64,000 nt of DNA from positions 13,526 through 77,525 of the forward strand of contig CBEUCN010000001.1 in assembly GCA_965541635.1 (NCBI GenBank), in the 5' to 3' direction. The position numbers and the translations under genes are program-made. The notes beneath the pieces are model-generated. The model was not told the DNA's origin. It saw only the letters and a list, made by a program, of their open reading frames with translations, and made no database searches. Every line of letters begins with the position of its first letter. The first letter of the stretch is position 1. Positions 30,577 through 40,858 of this stretch are shown one piece after another. The stretch comes from an uncultured bacterium (GTDB taxonomy: Bacteria > Omnitrophota > Gorgyraeia > Kaelpiales > Kaelpiaceae).

Positions 30577-31052
30577 TTATTGAAATATATTTTAAGCAAT
30601 TTCTTTCTTTGCCGAAATGGGATGTGATGGATAAATAATTTACCATTGAGGTGATCTACCTCATGCTGAATAATTCTGGCCAGAAGTCCTGTGGCCTTTA
30701 TAGCTTGCTTTTTTCCATTTATATTTAATCCTTCTACTACTACAGTATTGGCCCTTTTAACAATAGCAGAAATTCCTGGCAAGCTGAGACATCCCTCGAC
30801 ATCTTCAATCCAGCCTCTCTTCTCCACTATTCTGGGATTGAATAACACCAACATATCCTCTCTTTTCATAGAAGGAGAAGCCACAAACACACTTTTACTT
30901 ACTCCTACCTGATTGGCAGCCAGCCCCACTCCTTCATTCTCCAGCATAGTTTCAATCATCTCCCGGACAAGATTTAGTTCCTCCTCCCCTATCTCTTTCA
31001 CCTTGGCAGTCTTCTTTTTCAACACTGGATCAGGATAGGTAACTATTTTCAT
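30567..31052 (-). CDS. def: Peptide deformylase
   Basis: GVGLAANQVG, EGCLSLPG, QHEVDHLNG. Confidence 0.98.
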   Translation of the reverse strand: MKIVTYPDPVLKKKTAKVKEIGEEELNLVREMIETMLENEGVGLAANQVGVSKSVFVASPSMKREDMLVLFNPRIVEKRGWIEDVEGCLSLPGISAIVKRANTVVVEGLNINGKKQAIKATGLLARIIQHEVDHLNGKLFIHHIPFRQRKKLLKIYFNKCG

Positions 31053-31055
31053 CCC

Positions 31056-33047
31056 TTAATCCTCATAAGGATTTACATCTACAATTAGTTTTACCCCTTC
31101 AAACTGTATTTTAAAACCTATAATGTTATATAATAGACGCAATGTAGAGGCAAGATTTTTAGATTTTATGACTAAATCCCAACGATATTCTCCTCTCAAC
31201 TTTGGAACTGGATGAGGAGCAGGCCCTAAAATTTCAAATTCTTTACCTGCGAATTCCTGCAACAACTGTTGGATTTTATATGCAACCTGTTCTACCTTTC
31301 TCTCTTTCTTATGCCTACACTCCAGTTTTATAAGTTCACTAAATGGAGGAAGCCCCAGAATTCTTCTTCGCTCTATCTCCTGATGGTAAAAGGAAACATA
31401 ATCCTGCCGGAGTGAAGTCTGAATTGTGTAATGCTGGGGATTATAGGTTTGAATAAGGACTCTTCCCTTTCCCCTGCCTCTACCTGATCTTCCTGCTACC
31501 TGAGTAAGAAGAGAAAAAGTTTTCTCACCGGCTCGGAAGTCTATTATATTTAAACTTAAATCAGCAAGAATAACTCCCACCAGATCAACATTAGGAAAAT
31601 CATGCCCTTTAGCAATTATCTGAGTTCCAACTAAAACATCAATTTTATGGTCCCGAAATTCCTGGATAATCTTCTCTAATATCCCCCTTTTTCGTACAGC
31701 ATCAGAATCAAGCCGAGCAGCTGTAATACCAGAGAATAACTTATGAAGTTCACTAATTACCTTCTGAGTACCAAATCCTCGATATACGAGATAGCGAGAC
31801 TGACACTGAGGACAGATAGATAATCGCTCACTGTGATAATTACAATGATGGCAAATAAGTATTTTTCTCTGAGAATGATAAGTGAGTGCAATTTCACATC
31901 GAGGACATTTAGCCACATACCCACACTTAAGACAGACCAGGGAAGTTGAAAATCCTCGTCGATTAAGAAATAGCATCGCCTGAGATTTATTATTCACTAC
32001 TCTCTCAAGTTCAACTTTTAAAGGTTGAGAAAATACCACCGGCTTCAATCTCCTTCTTTTTTGTAGGCGTAAGTCAATTATTTCTACCTCAGGAAGTCTT
32101 TTCTTTTTAATTCTATGGGGAAGTTCCAGAAGTATATAGTCTCCACGCTGGGCTTTATAATAAGACTCCAGACTTGGAGTTGCTGAACCTAAAATCACCG
32201 GACATTTAAAAGTTCGGGCACGAAAAATTGCCAAGTCACGAACATGATAACGAGGACGCTCATCCTGCTTATAGCTGGAATCGTGCTCCTCATCAATTAT
32301 AATCACTCCCAGATCAGAAAAAGGAGCAAATATTGCCGAGCGTGTGCCGATACATATCTTGCTAATTCCATCTTTAATCTTTTTCCACTCCTGAAACCTC
32401 TGGGCTTCTGTAAGGCCACTATGGAATACTGAAATTTCTACTTTTGGGAAACGATTCTTAAATCTGGATATTGTTTGGGGAGAAAGTGCTATTTCCGGAA
32501 CTAAAACCAAGGCTGATTTATTTTTACGGATAGCAAGTTCTACAGTTTGTAAATACACCTCAGTCTTACCAGAAGCAGTAACTCCAAACAGTAAAAATAC
32601 ATTAAAATCGTCAAATTTTTTTCTAATAGTTGCCAATGCTTTCTCCTGAGCAGGGGTTAATTTTTTGGGCCTACGGAATTTCACATCAGGCTTTATAGTT
32701 ATCTGCTTGCGGGGAGTAACTGATTTTTTTCCTTTACGAAGTACACCAGGAAGAGCAGTTTCTATACATTCTCCCCAGCCTGAATAATAATGAATTGCCA
32801 TCCACCAAGTTAACCGCAATATATCTGGATTGATAATCGGTTCACTATCAATAATTTCTATTATCTCTTTTAATTCTTGTGACAGTTGCTTTTCAATTAC
32901 GTCTACCACATATCCTGTTTTTATTTGATTGCGAAACGGTGCCCTAACTCTGATACCTGCAACAATATTATTACCTGAAAGATTTTCAGGGATACGATAA
33001 TAAAATGTTTTATCTACGGGCAAACCAAAGGCAACCTCAACAATCAT
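31056..33047 (-). CDS. priA: Primosomal protein N'
   Basis: GVTASGKTEVY, LVPEIAL, DEEHD.SYKQ, FLNRRG, Cys cluster, GTQIIAKG, QVAGRSGR. Confidence 0.97.
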   Translation of the reverse strand: MIVEVAFGLPVDKTFYYRIPENLSGNNIVAGIRVRAPFRNQIKTGYVVDVIEKQLSQELKEIIEIIDSEPIINPDILRLTWWMAIHYYSGWGECIETALPGVLRKGKKSVTPRKQITIKPDVKFRRPKKLTPAQEKALATIRKKFDDFNVFLLFGVTASGKTEVYLQTVELAIRKNKSALVLVPEIALSPQTISRFKNRFPKVEISVFHSGLTEAQRFQEWKKIKDGISKICIGTRSAIFAPFSDLGVIIIDEEHDSSYKQDERPRYHVRDLAIFRARTFKCPVILGSATPSLESYYKAQRGDYILLELPHRIKKKRLPEVEIIDLRLQKRRRLKPVVFSQPLKVELERVVNNKSQAMLFLNRRGFSTSLVCLKCGYVAKCPRCEIALTYHSQRKILICHHCNYHSERLSICPQCQSRYLVYRGFGTQKVISELHKLFSGITAARLDSDAVRKRGILEKIIQEFRDHKIDVLVGTQIIAKGHDFPNVDLVGVILADLSLNIIDFRAGEKTFSLLTQVAGRSGRGRGKGRVLIQTYNPQHYTIQTSLRQDYVSFYHQEIERRRILGLPPFSELIKLECRHKKERKVEQVAYKIQQLLQEFAGKEFEILGPAPHPVPKLRGEYRWDLVIKSKNLASTLRLLYNIIGFKIQFEGVKLIVDVNPYED

Positions 33048-33640
33048 TTTTTACCAGGAATGGGCAGATTAAGTTCTGTCAAAACTTTTTTCATGTCTTC
33101 CCAGGCAAGTTTTTTTGCTTTAGGATTGAGTAAAAGATATGCGGGATGAAAAGACGCAATTACTTTTCTTCCTCGAAAGTAAAGAATTTGCCCATGCATT
33201 TTGGTAATAGAAAATTGGGGGCCAAATAGAGCAATTCCAGCAATTCTTCCCAGAAGCACCAGTATTTCCGGATTTATAATCTCTATCTGAAAAAATAAAT
33301 ACGGCAGACAATTTTCTATTTCCTGAGGATAAGGATCTCTATTGCCAGGAGGGTGACATTTCAAAATATTTGCTATATACACCTGGTCTCGCGATAAGCC
33401 CATGGCTTGAATTATTTTAGTAAGCAACTGACCCGATTTACCAACAAAAGGTTTCCCCTGAATATCTTCTTGCTCTCCCGGGGCTTCTCCAATAAACATT
33501 ATCCTGGCATCTAAATTCCCCTCACCAACTACAGGATTTCTGCGGATAAAAGCCAGGGAACATCTTTTGCATTTTTTTATTTTATGTTCTAAGGCTTTTA
33601 TATAAATTTCTTTCTGGGATGAAAGCATTCTCACATTCAT
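33044..33640 (-). CDS. Uracil-DNA glycosylase, family 4
   Basis: CxxC Fe-S ligands, GEAPG..ED..G.PFVG..G, KCHPPGNRDP, HPAYLL. Confidence 0.93.
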   Translation of the reverse strand: MNVRMLSSQKEIYIKALEHKIKKCKRCSLAFIRRNPVVGEGNLDARIMFIGEAPGEQEDIQGKPFVGKSGQLLTKIIQAMGLSRDQVYIANILKCHPPGNRDPYPQEIENCLPYLFFQIEIINPEILVLLGRIAGIALFGPQFSITKMHGQILYFRGRKVIASFHPAYLLLNPKAKKLAWEDMKKVLTELNLPIPGKK

Positions 33641-34191
33641 TTCAAAATTATGTTTTTTACAGCATCATAAAGGTTATAAGCAACATACTCAGGAATTATA
33701 GAAAATCTTCCAAGTTCAGAAACACTCGTTTTACCGCTAAGAACGAGTATTGACAAAATAGAAAAATTTCTGGCAGTGTGAATATCTCTCTCCTGGTCAC
33801 CAACAAAAAATATTTTATCCTTTTTCAATCCCGAATATTTCTGCCATACTATCTCAAGATTGCCAGTTTTGGGTTTACGACAATTGCAATTATCTTCAGA
33901 GCGATGGATACAATAAAAAACTCCTTTTATTTTTATTCCCTTCTGGTTCAATATCTCTAACATATACTCAGTAACATCCTGTAACTGTTGAACAGTAAAT
34001 ATTCCCTTGGCAACTCCTGCCTGATTGGAAATAATATAGACATCATAATTGTTTTCCACCAGCATTTTAAGACCATTTATGGCATCGGAAATAAACTGGA
34101 ATTCCTGGGGAGATGTAACATAATCTCTGCCAAATTTAGATGGCTCCACATTTATAACACCGTCTCTATCCAGAAATATTGGGCGCCCCAT
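33637..34191 (-). CDS. gmhB: D,D-heptose-1,7-bisphosphate phosphatase-like HAD hydrolase
   Basis: FLDRDGVIN, SNQAGVAKG, CIH....C.CRKP, VGD...D. Confidence 0.8.
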   Translation of the reverse strand: MGRPIFLDRDGVINVEPSKFGRDYVTSPQEFQFISDAINGLKMLVENNYDVYIISNQAGVAKGIFTVQQLQDVTEYMLEILNQKGIKIKGVFYCIHRSEDNCNCRKPKTGNLEIVWQKYSGLKKDKIFFVGDQERDIHTARNFSILSILVLSGKTSVSELGRFSIIPEYVAYNLYDAVKNIILK

Positions 34192-34193
34192 TT

Positions 34194-35228
34194 TTAGAAA
34201 AGGTTAATGTTATTTTTTACCCAGATATAAAGCCGCCTGATCCCCTCCCGATAATCAATTTTTGGCTTCCAGTTCAATTTCTTGCTTACACAAGAAATAT
34301 CTGAAACATATACCTTCTGGTCATAAAGTCTCCAGTTATCAAATCTGATTTTAAATCTAATCTTGAAATTATTTTCCACAAATTTAATATATTCCAGAAG
34401 AGAAATGGAATTTTCAATCCCCCCGCCAATATTGAATACTCCAGAATCAATACTGGAATTGTAAAATTTATCAAATGCTTCCACCAGATCCGAAATATAA
34501 AGGACATCTCTTACCTGTTTGCCATTCCCATAAATTGTAATCTCTCTATTTTTCAACCCGGAAATAAGAAACCAAGCCAACCAGCCCTGGTCTTCAAATC
34601 CAAATTGGCGGGTTCCATAAATGCAACTCATCCTGAAAACTGCACTTTTAATCTTATATACTGCTCCATATTCCTGAGTATATATATCTCCCACATATTT
34701 GCTTACTCCGTAAGGAGTATGAGGAGTAAGATCTATACCTACCTGTTCGTTAATCGCTTTGATATCCCGAAATTCATACCGGCTGTTGCACTTTCTTATT
34801 TTAAACTGTGACACTCTGGCTCCATATACTTTATTGGTGGAACAATAAATGAATGTTGCCTGCGGACAGTACTTACGGACAAATTCCAGAATATTAAATG
34901 TAGCCAAAGCATTGAGGGAAAAATCCTCTTGAGGATTTTTTAATGAAAATCCCACTCCTGGTTGAGCAGCTGTATGAATCACAAGGTCAAATTTCTGTTT
35001 GCGTAATCTAGAAAAAGTCTCAGGATACCTGAGATCGGCCTTTATTCTGTGAATATTTTTATATCTGACAAGATATTCCCAGTTATATTCCACTGATTTC
35101 TTCCGACTTTTAAACAATTGTGAACGAATTAAATTATCAATTCCATAAACCTCTGCTCCCTTTAAAGCATAATATTCTGCACAATGAGAGCCAACAAAAC
35201 CTGCTACCCCCGTTATCAATACTTTCAT
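34194..35228 (-). CDS. CDP-paratose 2-epimerase (RfbE)-like SDR epimerase
   Basis: STNKVYG, TPYGVSK, FRMSCIYG.RQFG.EDQGWLAWF, GKQVRDVL. Confidence 0.85.
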   Translation of the reverse strand: MKVLITGVAGFVGSHCAEYYALKGAEVYGIDNLIRSQLFKSRKKSVEYNWEYLVRYKNIHRIKADLRYPETFSRLRKQKFDLVIHTAAQPGVGFSLKNPQEDFSLNALATFNILEFVRKYCPQATFIYCSTNKVYGARVSQFKIRKCNSRYEFRDIKAINEQVGIDLTPHTPYGVSKYVGDIYTQEYGAVYKIKSAVFRMSCIYGTRQFGFEDQGWLAWFLISGLKNREITIYGNGKQVRDVLYISDLVEAFDKFYNSSIDSGVFNIGGGIENSISLLEYIKFVENNFKIRFKIRFDNWRLYDQKVYVSDISCVSKKLNWKPKIDYREGIRRLYIWVKNNINLF

Positions 35229-35243
35229 TTTAACTTCTCCCGC

Positions 35244-36122
35244 TTAGTTATTACGGATTTTAAGATACTTAGTCAGTTCTATGAGAAACTCCGAATTGGG
35301 AAGAGCTTTAAGACTTACTATTGCCTTCTGAATATAATCATTTAAACTCTTCAAGGTTTTTTTCTTCCCACATACCTGCACATAATTAGGTCTTCTTTCC
35401 TTGGTTAATGACAATTTTCCAGATATTGCAGGTTTGTTTTCAACGGCTATTAAATCATCACTTATTTGAAATGCCTTGCCAAAACAAGTAGCAAAATTCA
35501 TAATCTCTTTTTTCTCTTGGGATGAAAACCCTGCCAGGGAAGAAGCAATATCAACACTGATTTCAAATAAACTTGCAGTCTTTTTAGCATGGATTTCTTC
35601 TATTTCTTTAAGTTTTAATTCCTGATTACTTTTAAACAAGTCAAGAAACTGGCCTACCATAATACCCTCTTTACCCAATAAGGAAAAAGTTTTCCGACAC
35701 AGACGGAGTTTTTCTTCTAAAGAAGAAATACGAGAAATTATTTCTGTAACAATAAGAGCAAGTCCCTCTAGTAATAGTGACTGAGCAACCAAAATAGTGA
35801 TTGCTTCTCCATATACTTTATGTAAAGCAGGTTTACCCCTTCTTAACAAAGCATCATCCATGGAGGGAAGGTCATCAAGGAGTAAAGTGGAAGTATGAAT
35901 CATTTCAATTCCAGCAGCAGGATCAAGCATGATTTCCAAAGGTTGAGATTTCATCTCAGCAATAGCAAGCATTATAATTGCTCTTAATCTTTTGCCACCA
36001 TTAAACATTGCATACCAGGTGGCTTCATGTAATTTAACGGGCTCCTCACAATAAGGGAGGACAAGTTTCAAATACTCATCAATTAATTCCTTCTTTTTTT
36101 TCAATATTTTTTTTAAATCCAT
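35244..36122 (-). CDS. Polyprenyl diphosphate synthase (IspA/GGPP synthase family)
   Basis: GGKRLR, DDLPSMDD..LRRG, GQFLD, KTA, FQISDD. Start placed at ATG 36122 behind GGGGTG. Confidence 0.88.
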   Translation of the reverse strand: MDLKKILKKKKELIDEYLKLVLPYCEEPVKLHEATWYAMFNGGKRLRAIIMLAIAEMKSQPLEIMLDPAAGIEMIHTSTLLLDDLPSMDDALLRRGKPALHKVYGEAITILVAQSLLLEGLALIVTEIISRISSLEEKLRLCRKTFSLLGKEGIMVGQFLDLFKSNQELKLKEIEEIHAKKTASLFEISVDIASSLAGFSSQEKKEIMNFATCFGKAFQISDDLIAVENKPAISGKLSLTKERRPNYVQVCGKKKTLKSLNDYIQKAIVSLKALPNSEFLIELTKYLKIRNN

Positions 36123-36126
36123 AACA

Positions 36127-37017
36127 TCACCCCTTTTTAACATATTGAAATAGAAATTTATTTAATGCCTGTTCCCAAGCAGGCATAGGTAGGCAGGTAA
36201 ATTTCTGAAATTTGTCACAATTTAGAGCAGAAAATAACGGTCTTTTGGCATCTTGGGGAATCTGATTTAAACTTACTCCCACCACTGAATTGGTATCATA
36301 ATTTAAAATACGGGCAACTTCCATTGCCAGATCATATCGGGAACAATTCCCTTGATTTACAAGATGATATATTCCATATATAGAATCAGTTTGTGGTATG
36401 CGCACTTTCTTCAAAAATGTTTTCAATGCCCAAGCAAAATCATCCACATAGGTAGGAGAAATTATTTGGTCATTAGCAACTGTAACTTTTTCTTTTGCAG
36501 CTAATTTTTGAATACACATGGTAATAAAATTATCTTTGTATTCTCCGAATAGAAAACTTGTCCTGAAAATAAAATATTCTTCCATAAAATATGAAACATA
36601 TCTTTCTCCTCCCAGTTTGGATATTCCATAAACATTTATTGGCTGAGGTTCATCCTCCTCCGTATAGGGAAGATTTTTCTCTCCATCAAACACATAATCA
36701 GTACTTATATAAATGAAAGCAGAATGAATTTTGGAACCATACCAGCTAAGATTCCGAGTACCAATAGTATTCACATCATGAGCAAGTTTAGGCTCACGTT
36801 CACAGAAATCAACATCGGTTATAGCTGCGGAATGAATTATAAGCTCGGGACGGTAGTGATTTATCAATTCTGCAACCTGATTTTCATCTCTAAGGTCACA
36901 ACTTATAGTGTTGTTCTTTCCAGAAAGAGAAACTGGAATTATTTCATATTCCTCATCAAGAAACTTCCAAATAGCCTGTCCCAAAAGACCTGTTGCTCCT
37001 GTTAACAACACTTTCAT
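36127..37017 (-). CDS. rfbD: dTDP-4-dehydrorhamnose reductase
   Basis: TGATGLLG, ISTDYVFDG, P.NVYG.SKL.GE, DQ..SPTY. Confidence 0.93.
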   Translation of the reverse strand: MKVLLTGATGLLGQAIWKFLDEEYEIIPVSLSGKNNTISCDLRDENQVAELINHYRPELIIHSAAITDVDFCEREPKLAHDVNTIGTRNLSWYGSKIHSAFIYISTDYVFDGEKNLPYTEEDEPQPINVYGISKLGGERYVSYFMEEYFIFRTSFLFGEYKDNFITMCIQKLAAKEKVTVANDQIISPTYVDDFAWALKTFLKKVRIPQTDSIYGIYHLVNQGNCSRYDLAMEVARILNYDTNSVVGVSLNQIPQDAKRPLFSALNCDKFQKFTCLPMPAWEQALNKFLFQYVKKG

Positions 37018-37469
37018 CTATTTACTCTACTCCAGTCATAGGCTATTTCTTTACTATAGGGATCGAGGCGATACTCATCAGGCTTTTTGTGATTATAGGG
37101 ATAATCAGGAACATTTAAAACAATTGCCTCTTCATTTCCAATACATTTTATACCGTGATAAACTCCCGGAGGAACCTGAACAATCATTGGTCTTGCTTCT
37201 CCCATTGCGAATTCCATTATTTGAGAAAAACTTCGGGAATTTTTGCGGTTATCATAAAGAACAAGTTTTACATTTCCTTTTATGCAGCAGAGATTATCAG
37301 TTTGCTTTTTATGAAGATGCCAAGCTTTGATTATTCCAGGATAAATCGTGGTTATATATACCTGGCCGAACTTTTTAAAGAGTTTATCATCAGCCCTTAA
37401 AATCTCTAATAATCTACCCCGATCATCAAGATAAAACTTTAATTCCTTTACTTTGACCCCAACTATCAT
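37014..37469 (-). CDS. rfbC: dTDP-4-dehydrorhamnose 3,5-epimerase family (short cupin type)
   Basis: DDRG.L.E, FGQVY, KAWHLH..QTD, VPPGVYHG. Confidence 0.8.
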   Translation of the reverse strand: MIVGVKVKELKFYLDDRGRLLEILRADDKLFKKFGQVYITTIYPGIIKAWHLHKKQTDNLCCIKGNVKLVLYDNRKNSRSFSQIMEFAMGEARPMIVQVPPGVYHGIKCIGNEEAIVLNVPDYPYNHKKPDEYRLDPYSKEIAYDWSRVNR

Positions 37470-38809
37470 TTCCTCATTTGAGATTTAACTCCTGAAGGCA
37501 GGGGCTTTCCAAAGCCATAATATATGAATTCTTTTTCTTGTAAATTATAAGAAGAATAAATATTTCTACCATCAACAATAAATGGAAGTCTCATCTTTTT
37601 TCTCATAAGGGTAAAATCCACATTTCTGAATTCTTCCCACTCCGTAACAATAAGCAAACAATCAGCATCGTGGATAGCCTGGTATTTATCTTGGACATAA
37701 TCTATTCTGCTATCATCAAATACAGTTTTTAAATTCTCCATTGCCTGAGGGTCATAAATACTCACTTTTGCTCCTTCAGTTATTAACTGGTCAATTATAT
37801 CAATTGCTGGAGCTCCACGAATATCATCGGTATCGGGCTTGAATGCTACTCCCCAGATTGCAATTTTCTTATCTTTAATAATCCACAGCACATCTTTAAT
37901 TTTTTGAATCACAAGTTTCCTCTGCTCATCATTTATTCTTTTTACTTCCTTAAGAAGCCGAAAATCATATCCTAAACTTTCAGATATATGGATAAAAGCA
38001 TCAATATCTTTAGGGAAACAACTTCCTCCAAATCCTATCCCCGCATTTAGAAATTCTCGCCCAATTCTTTTATCCAGCCCCATTCCTTCAGCAACTTTCT
38101 CCACATCTGCTCCTACCTTCTCACAAATTCTGGATATGGCATTAATAAATGATATTTTCATAGCCAAAAAGGAATTAGAAGCATGTTTTATAAGTTCTGC
38201 ACTCTTTATATCTGTAACTACAATAGGTGCATTTAAAGATTTGTATATCTCCATTAAAATTCTCTTGGCCTTCTCACTGTCAATACCAATAACAATGCGA
38301 TCAGGATTCATAAAATCATGAATTGCAGACCCTTCTCGTAGAAACTCGGGATTGGATGCAACATCAAATGGCACATTCTTTCTAACATAAAGTTTAATGG
38401 TATTTTTTACCTTTTCTCCGGTCTCTACAGGAACAGTTGACTTCTCCACTATCAATTTATAACTCTCCATAAGAGAAGCGATTTCCCGAGCAACGTTTTC
38501 CACATAACTTAAATCCGCTTCTCCATTTTCTCGAGGAGGAGTTCCGACAGCAATAAAAATTACCTCTCCATGATTTACTGCTTCTTCCATAGAACCTGTA
38601 AAGAAAAGTCTATCTTCAGCCATACTCTGTAATACCATCTCCTCCAGGCCGGGCTCATAAATCGGGATTTTGCCTTTGGAAAGCAAATCTATTTTACTGG
38701 GATTATTATCCATACAACAGACTTTATGCCCAAGGTATGCCAAACAAGCAGCAGTTACCAACCCTACATGTCCAGCTCCGATGACTGAAATATTATAAAT
38801 TTTATCCAT
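37466..38809 (-). CDS. ugd: UDP-glucose 6-dehydrogenase
   Basis: GAGHVGL, IAVGTP, KSTVP, SNPEFLREG, GFGGSCFPKD, AFKPDTDD.R. Confidence 0.95.
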   Translation of the reverse strand: MDKIYNISVIGAGHVGLVTAACLAYLGHKVCCMDNNPSKIDLLSKGKIPIYEPGLEEMVLQSMAEDRLFFTGSMEEAVNHGEVIFIAVGTPPRENGEADLSYVENVAREIASLMESYKLIVEKSTVPVETGEKVKNTIKLYVRKNVPFDVASNPEFLREGSAIHDFMNPDRIVIGIDSEKAKRILMEIYKSLNAPIVVTDIKSAELIKHASNSFLAMKISFINAISRICEKVGADVEKVAEGMGLDKRIGREFLNAGIGFGGSCFPKDIDAFIHISESLGYDFRLLKEVKRINDEQRKLVIQKIKDVLWIIKDKKIAIWGVAFKPDTDDIRGAPAIDIIDQLITEGAKVSIYDPQAMENLKTVFDDSRIDYVQDKYQAIHDADCLLIVTEWEEFRNVDFTLMRKKMRLPFIVDGRNIYSSYNLQEKEFIYYGFGKPLPSGVKSQMRK

Positions 38810-38837
38810 TATTCCCTCGGGATAATAATATATTTAA

Positions 38838-38865
38838 ATTATACCAAAAAACTAAACAATCACAA
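38838..38865 (-). promoter_or_regulatory. Putative promoter for the ugd-led gene run
   Basis: TTGTGA-16 nt-TATAAT with extended TGn, in the first sizeable intergenic gap after the long upstream run. Confidence 0.55.
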
Positions 38866-39727
38866 CCTCTTTCGGTTGTTCCCAGAAGGGAGAAAAGCAG
38901 AACCACTGATCGGGATAATTTACAACATATTTTTCAATTATGTGAGTAACCTCTGCTACCACCTGAGGGATCTCTCGGAAACTGTAATTCCGAAATTCGA
39001 TAATTTTTTCCATAACCACCTTATAATCAAATCCTTGCATGAGAGCCACCCCAAAAACCATTGGCACTCTTGCTCTCAAAGCCAGTAAAAATGGGGCTTT
39101 GGGAATATAAACTATCCTGCCAAATAATCGTGCAGGATAATAATTTAAAGTAAAATCACGATCGCATAAAAGGGCAATCAGTTTCTTATATTTGAGAAGG
39201 TTAAGGCAGGTTGTAAAAGAATCTTTAAATGGTAGTTCATGGATCCTAAGATTTTTTCGCTGACGATTAAAGATTTTTTCCACATATTTCACAGAATGTT
39301 CTAAGGCCACTGCTGATATATCATATCCCAGATGAGCAAGATAACCACCTCCTATCTCCCAGTTCCCAAGATGAATAGTTAAAATTACTACCCCTCCTGA
39401 AGAGCAGGAAAGGGCGGTATTTATCAGATTAATATTCTCGCCCCTGAGATGGTTTTGAAAAAATTCTCTGTCATTATTTTTTACTTTTAGAAAATCTATA
39501 AGATAACGGGAAAAATTATAAAAGGTATTTATCGTGAATTTCTCATTATATTGAGAATTCAAAATTATTTTTAGATTATCTTTTATTATCTTGCGAGTTT
39601 TGAAAGCAAATAGATAATAAATAAACGACAGTATTCTGGATATAGGAAATAAAACTCGGCGAGGTAACACCCTGATAAAAAAACAACAGACACCATAAAT
39701 TGTGCTCCAGAAAATCTCAGTAATCAT
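38852..39727 (-). CDS. LpxL/HtrB-like lipid acyltransferase
   Basis: TIHLGNWE (H-x4-E), ALLCDRD, YPDQWF. Confidence 0.85.
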   Translation of the reverse strand: MITEIFWSTIYGVCCFFIRVLPRRVLFPISRILSFIYYLFAFKTRKIIKDNLKIILNSQYNEKFTINTFYNFSRYLIDFLKVKNNDREFFQNHLRGENINLINTALSCSSGGVVILTIHLGNWEIGGGYLAHLGYDISAVALEHSVKYVEKIFNRQRKNLRIHELPFKDSFTTCLNLLKYKKLIALLCDRDFTLNYYPARLFGRIVYIPKAPFLLALRARVPMVFGVALMQGFDYKVVMEKIIEFRNYSFREIPQVVAEVTHIIEKYVVNYPDQWFCFSPFWEQPKEVVIV

Positions 39728-40857
39728 TTTTTACTAATAATCGACAACGCTTCCTGGGCTATTTTTAAAGAAGCGTCAGGATGTCCGTGTTTACGAGCAT
39801 TAAGAGCCATGATTTTCAATTTATCTCTGTTAACAAGCAAATCTTTCACAAGAACTGGGAGATCAATTATGCGGTCACACTTTATTGCTGCTCCTACCTT
39901 AAGTAAGAACTCAGTATTACTTCTCTCCTGCCCTGGAAGAGGATTAAAAATCACCATTGGCAGTCCCTTGGCTAAGGCTTCCGCAGTAGTAATTCCTCCC
40001 GGTTTTGAAATTAAAATATCAGCCACCGTCATCAGTTCCCAGACGTTGTCCACATATCCATAAACCAGCATTTTCTTTTTTCTACTCCATTTTTTTTCTC
40101 TCCTTTTCAGAAATCTATAAAGCTTCTTATTAACACCAGCCAGCACTATTATCTGAAAAGGAATATCTATTCTGTAAAGGAAAGAGACTATCTGCTTAAT
40201 ATTCCCTAAACCCCGTCCTCCTCCCATAACTAAAATTATAGGGAGATCAGGGTCAAGTCCCAGATTCTTAACTATCTTTGCCTTATCCTGTGAAAGAGCA
40301 AACTCCGGCTTTATGGGAATTCCCAAAATTTTTATTTTTTCCTCTGCTATCCCATTATTAATCATCTTGTGTTTAGACAACTCATCAGGCACAATATACC
40401 TATCAACAGTATCATAAAACCAAAAAGAATGAGCAACATAATCAGTTAAAACACCAATCACTGAGGTTTCCAAACCATAGTATTTCTTCAAATCTGCAAC
40501 CATCCCACAAGGGAAAGCCTGAGTGCAAATAATTATATCTGGCTGGTATTCAACAATAAGATTTAATAATTTCCGGGAATTATATTTATGAATCAGAGAT
40601 TTCAACTTCTGAGTACGGCGAACAACATTGGGATTGTCATAAAGATATTCCCAGACTTCAGGCCGTTTCCGAATCAATTGCATATAGGTCTTATGAACTA
40701 TACGATTCATTACTGGATTAGTATAATTAAAAGCGTCTATACAGTGAGTATATGCTCGTGGATTTACAATCTCAATTGCTCTCTGAATGGAAACAGCTGC
40801 TTTATGGTGACCAGAATGAGGAGTGATATAAAACAGAAGAATACGAGGTTCATCCAC
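39724..40857 (-). CDS. MGDG synthase/UgtP-like diacylglycerol glycosyltransferase (GT28)
   Basis: SGHHKAA, VLTDY..H..W, MGGGRG, SKPGGITTAEA, PLPGQE..N. Confidence 0.9.
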   Translation of the reverse strand: MDEPRILLFYITPHSGHHKAAVSIQRAIEIVNPRAYTHCIDAFNYTNPVMNRIVHKTYMQLIRKRPEVWEYLYDNPNVVRRTQKLKSLIHKYNSRKLLNLIVEYQPDIIICTQAFPCGMVADLKKYYGLETSVIGVLTDYVAHSFWFYDTVDRYIVPDELSKHKMINNGIAEEKIKILGIPIKPEFALSQDKAKIVKNLGLDPDLPIILVMGGGRGLGNIKQIVSFLYRIDIPFQIIVLAGVNKKLYRFLKRREKKWSRKKKMLVYGYVDNVWELMTVADILISKPGGITTAEALAKGLPMVIFNPLPGQERSNTEFLLKVGAAIKCDRIIDLPVLVKDLLVNRDKLKIMALNARKHGHPDASLKIAQEALSIISKK

Positions 40858-40858
40858 C

